DNA of 63,063 nucleotides, the filler included, from Hyphochytrium catenoides (taxonomy: Eukaryota > Protista > Hyphochytriomycota), in assembly GCA_900088475.1 (NCBI GenBank). It is 9 parts of 9 records of this genome, joined end to end, with 100 filler letters (N's around TTAATTAATTAA, not from the genome) between each part and the next. Parts side by side here need not be neighbours in the genome. Positions count along the whole stretch, not along the records: positions 22,026 to 24,032 come from FLMG01004068.1; positions 24,133 to 28,914 come from FLMG01003080.1; positions 29,015 to 49,891 come from FLMG01003331.1; 6 more parts are not named here. One strand, 5' to 3'. This document shows, in pieces, positions 22,389-33,686 of this stretch. The notes beneath the pieces were generated by a model. That model was not told the DNA's origin, searched no databases, and saw only the letters and a program-made list of their open reading frames with translations. Position 1 is the stretch's first letter, and every line of letters starts with the position of its first letter. The position numbers and the translations under genes were made by a program.

Positions 22389-24132
22389 GAGAGTGTGTTT
22401 CTATTCTGCCCATCACAGGTCGTACTATTTTCATTTCTTACCCAAAAGCTTATATATAAGATAAACCTCACTGTATTACCAATCTAGGCGGAGAACATGG
22501 TCCGTAATGGCGGCTTTTAGAAATTTAGGCTTGGCTGTCCAGAGTATTACCTTAGGCTTCCAGTACCCCGACATCGCGCTAAATAATTGGCAGGTGTAGC
22601 TTTTCTTTCCTTTCCCAAGAAGGCGGAGCAGGAGACTATCGAACAGATGAAGTACAGCACATAAACCAGAGACCTTCTATTACGAATAGCGCTCCTTCTG
22701 GCTGGTGTTTTACTTTGAGGGCTAAGTTGCTATTCTACATAATGGCTGTAGATATTTATGATGGTTGACTAACTCATTTTTATACCGTGTTTGGCTCTTT
22801 GTTTTTGACATTCTCTGTCTTTATTAGTAGTAAGCTAGCATCGGAGGACTAAGAGTCCGCATACGAACATCAGCATAGCAACAGCCACGTAAAACGGTAG
22901 TGCTAGGTTCTCTCTCTCTCTCTCTCTCTCTCNNNNNNNNNNNNNNNNNNNNNNNNNNNNNNNNNNNNNNCTCTCTCTCTGTCTCTCTCTCTCTCATTCT
23001 TTTTCTTTCTTTCCCTCTCTCCCTTTTTTACCCTCTTATTCTCTGTTTCCGCTCATCTAGGATATAGTTCTACCTGTTAACCCTTCTTTCTCCCTTCTTT
23101 TTCAAGAAAAAAAATAGCATTGGCATCGCCATCTCATTATCTAACTGTGGCACGTCCCTCCCTCCTCCTTCTCCTCCTCCTTTTCTGCCACGGGAAGTCA
23201 GCGTGCAAGGTCTGGCGCTCGTGACTGGAATTCGATAAGTTCAGAAGAGAGACGGGCCATACGCCATATCAAAGGGAGGGGAGAGAGAGAGAAAGAAAGA
23301 GAGCGAGAGCGAGAGAGAGAGAGAGAGAAAGTAAGAGAGAAAGAGCTCTTTAGTTCTCGAGCTAGACATTTTCACTGTCAAGCTAGCCATTACCCAGCGA
23401 GACACAATATTATACAGATAAAGAAGGCGAGACCGCAGGCAAAGAGAGAGAGAGAGAGCTACGAGAGGGAGAGAGAGAGAGAGAGCTACGAGAGAGAGAG
23501 AGAGAGAGAGAGAGAGCAACGAGAGGGAGAGGAGAGAGGTGGAGGAAGGAGGAGAGAGAGGAGGAGAGAGAGAGGAGGAGAGAGAGAGAGTTGAGAGATG
23601 AGAGAGAGAAAGAGTAAGAAGTGAGAGAAAGAAGTGAGAGAAAGAATGAGAGAAAAGAGAAAAATGAAAGGATCACAGGACACTGTCGAGAGGAAAGAAG
23701 AAGAGAGAGAGAGAGAGTCACCAGTCACCGGACAATCATCGTAGAGTCGGACCAGTCCAAGTAATTTGTGCCTGCTCGGTCTTTTTGAGAAGACGACCGG
23801 AGAAAGGACGGAAGAGGCAAAGAGAAAAGGAGAGAAGAGAGGAAATAATAAAGAGTGGGAAACAGAGAGAGGGAGAAAGAACAAGAGAGAGAGAGAGAGA
23901 GCGAAGAGCGGTAAGGGGAGTCAGAAGACCTTATTAGAGGCAGTGGGAAGGAGAGAGAGAGAGGACAAAATTGAACACGAGAGAGAGACTAGAAGAGAGG
24001 AGCAGGAGAGAGAGAGAGAGGGGGAGAGAGAGNNNNNNNNNNNNNNNNNNNNNNNNNNNNNNNNNNNNNNNNNNNNTTAATTAATTAANNNNNNNNNNNN
24101 NNNNNNNNNNNNNNNNNNNNNNNNNNNNNNNN

Positions 24133-25330
24133 TTCTCTCGCCATCCAGCCTTAGTTTCTCAAGCTGCGGGAGATGGTCCTTGGCCTCCTCTTTATACTTC
24201 TGGGTATCTTTACGATGGTATCTCGATAGGCCGCTGTGGCTCTGCTCGTCAAGTCCTTAATCTCATCAATGATCTTCCCCCTGCTTGGTCTCTCTCTAAT
24301 AAACTTAGCAAAGGGCCACTTCCCGTCTTCTTCATTGAATTGTTTCCTGCCGCGATGAAGCGCGTCTTTCATTGTGGAGTAGAACTTCTTGAAGCCCCTA
24401 CTGGATCCCCTGCCTTCGTTCTTCCTTCTTGTCTTCTCTCTTAGCTCGCCTCCTTCCTCTTGACTCCCTTCTCAATCAGGTGGAAGACCCCCAAATAGGT
24501 CTCGCCTTACTCAGAAGCTGTCTAAGCGTGGTCAACATCTACTTGCTGATCAGCTGCCTGACAATGATCTGGGGGCCAAGCTGTTTCTCGGTCGCCTGGT
24601 GAGTTTGGACTCTTCGGCGCCCCTTCCGGACTCTGCATGGGATCAGGGTTCTCTTCCCATCAAGCTTGGCTGTCTGGGCCTCCTCCTGCTGCCACTGTTA
24701 TCTCTGTTCCTGCCTTTCTTATTAGTTCTTTAGCGCTTTCCCATGAATTTGTGTTCGCACTCTCCGGCCTGCCCTTCCCCCTTTCTCTATTGTCCAACCC
24801 GTCTGCGGCTATTGAGCGCTCTCTATTTTCCTCTATGATGACGTGGGCTTAACAGAGCAGTCTGAGGAGCGCTGGGGCTTTCTTCAGCTGACTTTCGTCG
24901 AGAACTTACAGCTCAAGTTTTGCTCACGTCTTCTCTCGATCCTTCCTCTTCTCCTCGAGCTCGTCTCCCTTCTGTTACTCTCTCACATGCTGGAGCATTT
25001 CTTTTGTTGCAGCCGCGAATGACCTCTGTGGTGCGCAAGTAGTGAGGTCGGTCGGCAGAAGTCTGTCTCTGAAGAGTTAACGATGCTATGGACTGCTGCC
25101 CTTGAGGACAAGCAGTAGGTCAAGGGTCCTGCCACGTCGATGGCAGTGGAGGACTCTTACACTATTTCTCTCCGGCGACAAGAAGGTGCAATCACTACGA
25201 AGGTGCTGCCGTCACGGTCAACGATGCTGCCACGGTAGGCACTGGAGGATTCTCACTAGTTCTCTCCGGCAAAGCTGTTCAAAGACATATATACTCCTCT
25301 GCACTACAAGCTCTGGCTTTATCTCTTGGG
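24133..25330 (-). pseudogene. Decayed coding-like sequence, possibly a transposon relic
   Basis: Protein-like fragments (e.g. GFKKFYSTMKDALHRGRKQFNEEDGKWPFAKFIRE) are broken by stops. An imperfect 45-bp direct repeat lies at about 25129 and 25227. No domain recognised. Confidence 0.25.
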
Positions 25331-25552
25331 GCAAGCGGTGGGGCCAGTAGGAGGTGGATATAGGAGAAGACGCTAGTGGCGGGAGCGGGCCGCGGCCTTC
25401 AGAGGAACTAGCCGACGAGGATAGGTAGTCCGAGTCTCCTGGGCCACCCGTTGGCTATCAGCGTAGCGCTTACTATCACTGAAAGCGGCTCAGCAGTGGG
25501 CTAGTCGTAAAAGCTAACGATGTCTTTTTCCGGTGCCTGGATCTCATTTCTT

Positions 25553-28500
25553 TTATAGAAAATTCCTGCTAACTTTGGGGGCGGCAAATCTACTGTCTAG
25601 CTCTCTTGCCCTCTGCAAAAGGTCATTCACCTGTGACGGCAGCAAAGCCTTTTTACGTTCGAGATCCGTCTCGCGATTCCACCTCTGAGGCATGCTGGCC
25701 TTTCCGGCACTTCTATCCTCTCTGGATTGCTCTTTTGAAGTTCTCTCTTTATGAAGGTCAACCTAGACGCAAACGTTTCTACCGTAAGACCCTCATGAAC
25801 TACGAAGGATCGGATAGTGGGGAGAGGGACCTACCAAAGCCTTCCCTCTGCTTTCTTTCACTTTTTCCATCAGGCTTCGGAGTTTCTGATCGGCCTGAGG
25901 GTTAGCCTTCGGTACGATAGATTCGTCTGGTTTAGGCCCACTTCGTCCCCGGCTGGGGGCAGGTGTGCCTTCATCGTCGTACCCTAGCAGTTCACTAACG
26001 AGAGGGAAGCTTTAGCCCGGTGCTCGGGGACATCAACGGTGAAAAAGAAAGCATAGATCACCATGGAAAGTGCCATAGGACGAGTATGCGGAATATACGA
26101 GAAAGCCTTCCTCGAGGGGGTTAGATGAGAATGAGCTCATGACTTCATACTTTTTAGCTTTTTGTTGGTCCATCTTGGCTCTCTCCATAGGGCTCGCAGT
26201 CCACAGAGATGTATCCACCGGTCCCCCTACCCCACGCCTGGGCAGAAGATAAAAAAGATCAGGTGAGGCCGAGTGAAGCATAATCAGTGATGCTGTAGAC
26301 AGCTCCCAGTGCTGCTGTATACAGATCGGAAACTAAAGTCTGAGTCAATCTTTCACAAAGCAGACAGCCATGTAGCTTAGGAGTTGTCAAGAGATTAGGG
26401 ACATAAGAACTACGTAGTTAGAGTCTGGCTGCCAAAGGACATCTTCACACTTACTTGCTGAATTGTCTGTTTTTGTTCTCTCCTGCATTTTGTAAGGTGG
26501 AGAACATATCACGGCCGCTGGGTGCCACCGTCATCCATTCTTCCCTTCCTCCTCGGTCTTGCGTCGCATCAAGAGATTGCCCACTACGAATTCTCTGCCA
26601 CTGCTCCTTCTCTCTCTACAAACAGAGGAGGAGAACATTTGAAGAGTCAGTGCAGAGCCTGTAAGCTTTTGCCTCCTATTCATATCCTGCCTAATGCTGA
26701 ACCTTCGCATTGTATCTCCTGGATAGCTCATTATCCCATTTTACGCGCCACAAATGTCTGGGAGCTTTATGGTTGTCTCTCCGACCGCTGTCTCGGCGAA
26801 AGTTGCTCTCTTGTTCGTACCTCTTTCTTTAATCTCACTTGTTCTTCATCAACGATAGGTGCTCGATAGCCTTTCATACCAGGCAGAAGCGGACCGACGA
26901 TGTCATCCTCCTCTTCTGCTTGTTCTAACTGAGCTTGATCACGAGCTGCCATGGCCGCCAGCACTGGACCAGAGCACGCATTAGTCGGACGGCAGATCGA
27001 ACTGAGGCTAAGAAACCCTCAATCAAGCCGAATGCGAAATGGACATTTTTGGCTCTTACGCTCTGCTGAAGGTCTTGCAGGACCAATAGCTCGTCCTTGC
27101 GGAGGACCCGCAGCTGGCATCCCTGTTCGGTCGTTCCCAACTGCTCCATTTTCCTCCTGAACGCCAGATTCTGGATGTTCCTCTCTTCCCAGCACGTCCT
27201 CAAACTCGTTCTGTAGTTGGTTACTAGCGTCCCACGGCGAATGAGAGGGTAAGCTGTAGCCCAAGGAGCTGTCGTCGGGATGTTGCTGTCACAAAAATGA
27301 GATGTTGTCATAGTGGTACATTCACAAAGGATTGCAGGCTAATGCATGCTTTTAAGTCATCACAGATACCGGTCATTTCTAAGGTGAGAGACAGGGTAGG
27401 CTGTTGCCCCACCTTCCTTCTTCTCTCTCTCCTGCGATATACTTTGGGTCTCGTTTATCTCTCAAAGTAGCGCGCGTATCGTGCCTTTAAATACTCCGCC
27501 AGCATCATATCATTTCGTTTTCTGGCTGCTTTTATATTCTCACGCATTGCTAATCCTTACCTCCTCAAAACACATTGCCCTAAAGAAGTCAACAAGACTC
27601 TCCTTTACAGTGGGCGAAGAAATACCACTGACTAGGACGACCTCTCCGTTGCCCAAGGCAGCAAGTAAACCGCGTAGTTCTGGTGCGATTGAGGGAAAGG
27701 CTGCTAAGAGGGAGCGAAGATGGCCCTTTGCCGCCTAGAGATGGAAACGGGTAGAGCTTAGACCATTGCCATTGAGCAGTCCTTGATACTCAAACAGAAT
27801 GAGAACCTAGTCGTGCGCGCTTTGCTAAGAAAACTTCGTAGAAACAAAAGCCCACGTCTTACCTTAAGATCAGGTTTGCTGGTCGAGTCTCCTTCGTCTT
27901 GTTTCGAGTCTGTCTCATGTCTCGTCGTCTTTACAGCTTCAACCCCCTCCTCTTGTCCTGCTTCCGAAGCCTCGTCAATCAGTTTAACTATCCTCGAGAT
28001 TAAACTTTCTTCCTCTGTTGTTGCTTTGCCATCTCTATCAAAGCCTTGGCCTTTCGCTGCAAAGCCTTTCTGTCCGCCCTCCACGGACACCTGCGTGACG
28101 GGAAACATGTTAGGAGCTACCCAGGTTAAGCCAGGAAGTCTTCGCGAGGACAGTTGTGAGAGTGGATGTGTTCTAGGGCATGAAAGTGGTGGAAGTTTGG
28201 GAGATGCAACAGTAAAAGAAAGTGCCATGTGTGAGACCGAGAAGAGAGGCGGACCCTGCACCTGGACTAGACCTAGTGACAGGAACAGGCGGGATAACAG
28301 AGAGCTAGGTCCATTTGGTTCCTAATGCAAATAGCTTCTTAGCACGCTTTAAATCGCAAAATGGCAGCATCGGCAAGCCGTCTCTCCACATCTTTATTTT
28401 GCTCTTCATTGCAAGGTGTCAGACCTACGTGCTCTCTCCCGTCGACCTTGTCAATTTCTGGGATCCACTCCCATATCTTTACTTTTTGCAGAGTGCCTTG

Positions 28501-28914
28501 TACTACGCTTGTGCTTCTCACCTTATCCTCTGGCAAAACAGCGACCTGTCCTTCATCTATGGCTCTCACCATAATCATCAATTCCCTGCCAGCCTCAGGA
28601 CCTCGAGCCAGAATGGTTCTCAGGCACCGAAGCGCTTCCTTCTCTCCTATATCTGCATCGTCTCTTGGCTCTCGTTCGTCATGCTGAGCTTTATCCTTCT
28701 TTGCCTTGGCTCGCTTTAAGCTTGACCCTCTTTCCTTCCGTTTCTTCTTCTCTCTTTTGCGTTTTTTCTCCTTCTTCTTAGACCCCTTTCTTTCAGACCG
28801 TCTACTACTACTCCTGTCATCGCCTCTCTTCCTCTTCTTGCTCTTTTTCTTTTCTGACTCTTCCGAAGAGTAAGATGGAGAGGAAGACGAAGGGGAAGAG
28901 GTTACCGAAGCCAT
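25553..28914 (-). CDS. GPALPP1: GPALPP-motif / DUF3752 protein (GPALPP1-like), multi-exon
   Basis: Lys/Ser-rich N-terminus from the ATG at the scaffold edge, then AIGPARP and DIVGPLLP motifs. The DUF3752-like tail reads GREEWMTVAP...DTSLWTASPMERAK...ESRGKAL|VDLHKER...RWNRETDL...RARELDSRFAAPKVSRNFL*, with the stop at 25555-25553. Confidence 0.78.
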
Positions 28915-29205
28915 NNNNNNNNNNNNNNNNNNNNNNNNNNNNNNNNNNNNNNNNNNNNTTAATTAATTAANNNNNNNNNNNNNNNNNNNNNNNNNNNNNN
29001 NNNNNNNNNNNNNNCTACCTCAGCGTTACTCTTTCTCTCTTCTTGAAGCCTTCATCTCTCTCGGCACGTGCCGCTCGTCCATCAGCGCCGCAGGCACCCC
29101 ATCAAAGCTGCATCTGAGAGCTCAGACGCAGCCCTGGCAGAGATTTTGTTCTTCCAGACAGGACAAGAAAACGCTGAAGCCTTTGTAAATACTGCCACGG
29201 GAAAG

Positions 29206-32103
29206 ATGCAGCGGTTTCTGGCTAGCCGGACCTTGGCCACGACGAGGTGAGTGACTCAATCGGCCTGTAAAGCTGGTGAATCCGTCTTTCGACTAGGTTT
29301 CTCTTCCCACTGACTGCAATATGTAGGCTTCCCCTACTGTTGAGGCACAGCTCCACCTCGACACAGAGCAAGCTTGCTCTCTTCGACAAGATTCTGATCG
29401 CCAATAGAGGAGAGATCGCCTGCAGAGTCATCAGGACGGCCAAGAAGCTTGGAATCAAGACTGTGGCTGTTTACAGTGATGCAGACCAAAATGCGATGCA
29501 TGTCAAGATGGTATGAAGAGAAGCCAACAGAGACGAAGAAATTGAATGACGAAGAGAGAGAGGATGCTCTAATCTCCTCTGACATCGTCCCCGTCTGTTC
29601 TCTTCTTTCTGGCCATTCCTTACCCTCTCTTCGGGCTCCTGTAACCGAGGCTTTCAGCATCCATCGCTTCTTCCCTGGAATTTTCTTCCATCACGTTCTT
29701 CCTGCGTATGTGTGCTGTCACACGGCTGTATGCCGCACTGTCATGCCTTTTGCAGTTCGTTGCCGGCCGTTGACTTTCCTCTTCCGCACTCCTGTTCTTT
29801 CATGACCTCTCTCTCACCGGCTGTCTGGTTTTGATCCATAGGCGGATGAGGCTTATCGTCTTGGTCCACCTCCTGCCTCAGAAAGCTACCTGCGAAAAGA
29901 CTTGATCATCGATATTGCGAAGCATAGCGGGGCCCAGGTCTGAGAAAGCAGCTTACGTGCTACCTTGGCTCAGTTCCGGCATCAACCTAGATTCTCTCTC
30001 TTTGCTCTCTCTCCTCTCTCTTCCTCACCTCTTTCTCTCTCTCACACTCTCTCTCTCTCGCACACTTGTGTCTCTCACTCCCTCTCACCTTCATTGCATC
30101 ATAGGCCATACATCCGGGCTATGGCTTTCTCTCAGAGAACTCTGACTTTTGCATTGCGTGTGCGAACGCTGGAATTGAGTTCATTGGCCCACCAGTGAAG
30201 GCTATCGTAGCGATGGGCTCGAAGAGCGCCTCAAAGGACATTATGCTCAACGCGAAGGTGCCTGTCACACCGGGTTACCATGGGGAGGACCAGAGTATTG
30301 ACACTTTACAAAGAGAGGCAGACAAGATGGGCTATCCGCTGATTTGCAAAGCTGTGATGGGAGGAGGTAACATTCTAGCTTCTGCCCTCGATGCCTTTGC
30401 ATCGCTATCTTTCTTATCTGATGGGCGCCCGCACCTCTTAGATAACCGTACACCTTGGACAGCCGGTCTCTTACTCGCCGCGTGGGTTTATGTTGCATCT
30501 GCCTACTCTCCTTTTGCAGTCTCTTCCCTGGTGACTCTATCCATTATAGCATACACTATATAATGAGACCTTACCTGCAGGCGGCAAGGGCATGCGCATC
30601 GTTTACTCAAGCGAAGAGTTCAGAGAAGCAGTAGAGTCCTGTCAGAGAGAGGCAAAATCCTCCTTTGGCAACACACGAGTCCTCTTTGAGCGATTTCTTA
30701 CCAAGCCCAGGCATATAGAGTTCCAGATCTTTGCAGACAAGCATGGGAACGCTGTACATCTCTTTGAAAGAGACTGCAGCACGCAAAGAAGGCACCAAAA
30801 GGTTTTGGAAGAGGCTACTGCCCCTCACATGTCTCATGAGTTGAGGAAGAAGATGGGAGATGCTGCGGTGGCTGCAGCTAAGGCTGTAGGTTACGTCGGA
30901 GCGGGGACGGTGGAGTTCATGCTGGACGAAGATGAATCTTTCTACTTTATGGAGATGAACACACGTCTACAGGTAGAGCATCCAGTAACAGAGATGATTA
31001 CAGGGCAGGACCTGGTGGAGTGGCAGCTTAAAGTGGCAGCCGGAGAGAAACTTCCTCTCACTCAAGAAGAGCTCTATGACGTAGCCGGGGGACATGCGAT
31101 AGAGGCAAGAATTTACGCCGAGAATCCCTACAAAGATTTCTTGCCTGGCACAGGCACTCTCTCCTTCATGGAAACCCCCGAGCCTAGCGAAGTAGTCAGA
31201 GTAGAGACTGGGGTTAGGCAAGGTGACGAAGTCTCCATCTTCTACGACCCGATGATCGCCAAGCTGATAGTGAAGGCAGACACCCGTCTTGAGGCTATCT
31301 CCCTTCTCAAAAAAGCTCTTAATGAGTTCAGGATAGTTGGACTGACGACTAACATTGAGTTCCTCCGCCGCACCCTCACCCATCCCCGGTTCCTGGAGGG
31401 CACAATCACTACGAATTTCTTAGATGAAGAGGGAGATCCTTTAACAACGCCGTTTGGCAAGGTCCCTACGAGTGGGCTTGCATTGACAGCTCTTGGACAA
31501 CTATTGAGGGACAGCAAACAGGCGAAGAAGCATGCAACAGGAGAAGTTTGGGCAGCTGATACTTTGGAGTCCTTTAGAGTGAATCACAATCTTAGCACTA
31601 AACTCTCATTCTTCGACGGAGGCGAGGAGGTGGTTATTGGTGCTGAATACTTAGGAGATGGCCAGTACAAGCTCACCATTCCAGGAGAGAAGGAAGCTCT
31701 GTTGGCAAAAGGAACTCTTTCTGATGATGGTACCCTCGTTGCCCGCATTGGGTGGCACAACTATGAAGGCAAGCTAGTGGCCCACAAGGATTCTCTCTAT
31801 ATGTTCGCCAATGATACGGATCTTAGGCACTTTTACAAGCTTGACCTTCCCAAGCCGACCTTCGGAGACGCCGCAGGCGCTAGCGGCAAGCCTACAATTG
31901 TGACCCCAATGCCTGGCAGGATTGTGAAAATCCTCGTCTCTCAAGGACAGAAGGTAAAGAAGGATCAGACAATGATCATCATGGAGGCCATGAAGATGGA
32001 ACATGCAGTCAGAGCGCCGAGCAATGGCAAGGTTGGTGAAATTTTTGTCGCAGAAGGAAGTCAGGTACCCGACGGGAAGGTTCTAGTGGAGTTGGAGAGC
32101 TAG
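29206..32103 (+). CDS. MCCC1: 3-methylcrotonyl-CoA carboxylase alpha (biotin-containing) subunit, mitochondrial, 5 exons
   Basis: Transit-peptide-like start [14 protein letters not shown], then [42 protein letters not shown]|[18 protein letters not shown] and [14 protein letters not shown]. The C-terminal biotinyl motif is IMEAMKMEH (MCC-type; PCC has MKMQN). Exons about 29206-29246, 29327-29510, 29842-29937, 30105-30366 and 30581-32103. Confidence 0.92.
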
Positions 32104-32879
32104 AGGATGGTGTGAGAATCTGACAGGCTGGTCTAGGAGAGGAGAGACATATGTCCCACTTTCCATCTGTAAGGGTAAATGCCATTCGCAGTCTTTCGTG
32201 CTGTCGCACCGCTTTTTGAGGCTCCGTGACTTTAAATGGCTCAGCCACTTGCCCTATTTTCTCTCATTGCCGGAGCTATGGCCCTTTGAGGGCGGGCATA
32301 CCCTTTGTTCTTGCCGCCTTTGTCCGTTCTTCCGCTTTCTATTCTACGAATCATACAGCCTTTGCCGCCATTGCTTCTATGGAGAAAGAAGCTATCATCG
32401 GCTTTTATGCTCTCCTGATAGTCCTTCGTTCCTCCGTCTGTTCACTTCAAAGGACTAGGACCAAGATCCCAAAAACTTTAGAGAAAAGGGCTTTACTACT
32501 CTTCGCTGGTCTGTCTGTTCTCTATCATCGCTACTCGGCAAGCACTGACTGCCTCGGGACCATGAACTTCATTGACAAGGAACGCTCAACTCTTTGAAGT
32601 AGTCTGACCGTGTTGACTCGCTTTTTATTAACGTTTATGAAGACGTAGAACAATGAGCGATAATGCTACTTTCAGATCGAGACAGACAGTTGAATCTTCC
32701 CCACAGCTCAACTCCAACGTTAAGCCAAACTGCTAGAAGGGGCCTTCACGGCCAACAGCGTCCAAACGCCGCCCGTTGCTTTCCTCCGTTGTCGCCCTTC
32801 CTTATATTAGAGACAAAGCGGAGGCTTGATGATTCAGATAGTTGCCATAAGTGTCAGTCTACCTTGACATCAACGGTGA

Positions 32880-33686
32880 TCATCCCACATCCTCCGCCTC
32901 CATAGTCAGCTCCCGATAAGAAGCCATGAATGGTCCGTTCTTCCATTCCGTTGGGCCTGCCCAGTCGGGAAGAACCTTACCACCATCCCACACAGAGGAA
33001 TAGAGGTATGTGGGCTCCTTGATCAAGTCCAGACCGATCTCCTCTCGAATGAGCTGCCCATCAGCATACCATCGAATAGACTGGGAGGTAACCTCAAGAG
33101 TGTAGGTGTGGAAGTCGTCTCGGGTGTCAAAGCCTAGGTAATGCACCTTCTCCTTCCCACCAACGCCTTTCACATAGTAATTCGTCTGGACGTGGAAAGG
33201 ATCTTTCCCAAGGAACTCAAAGTCTATCTCATTCTGACGACCAGAGCCCTCCAGCGTGCTGGTATACAGCGTAGTTAGAATGCCACTGGTACTCTGTCTG
33301 TTGGCAGCAGCAGCTGCTTTGACCTTTCCGGAGACTCGAAAGGCCCCTTTGAGCCTTCTTGATGAGCGGATACGAGCGCCATCTTCGGCGGGGCTTCTGC
33401 TCATTATGTTTAGCGTCCCGGCGCCTTGAGCAGTGTTCTGGCTCCCGTAGTCGATGGCTAGGTGTTCATTAGGAATTGCTCTTCCCATATCAACGAAGGC
33501 TTTATACCTATACGACGGCGATGACTGTTCAGAAGCTGTTTCCATTGAGGAGATTGGAGCGCTTAGCCCGCGAAAGAGGTGGGAATCTGCGTCTGCAGCG
33601 TTTCCAGACACAAGTAGACATATAACGACCAGTCCGCATTTGGCGATGGAAGGGAAAGAAGACGTTGGGACGGATAACAGCTTCAT
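32880..33686 (-). CDS. Secreted GH16 endo-beta-glucanase (EG16/XTH/licheninase-like), intronless
   Basis: Hydrophobic signal-like N-terminus (CGLVVICLLVSGNAADA). Catalytic QNEIDFEFLGKD, then VQTNYY, LGFD..DDFHTY, IRWYADG and LYSSVWD..DWAG. No XTH C-terminal extension. Confidence 0.92.
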   Translation of the reverse strand: MKLLSVPTSSFPSIAKCGLVVICLLVSGNAADADSHLFRGLSAPISSMETASEQSSPSYRYKAFVDMGRAIPNEHLAIDYGSQNTAQGAGTLNIMSRSPAEDGARIRSSRRLKGAFRVSGKVKAAAAANRQSTSGILTTLYTSTLEGSGRQNEIDFEFLGKDPFHVQTNYYVKGVGGKEKVHYLGFDTRDDFHTYTLEVTSQSIRWYADGQLIREEIGLDLIKEPTYLYSSVWDGGKVLPDWAGPTEWKNGPFMASYRELTMEAEDVG

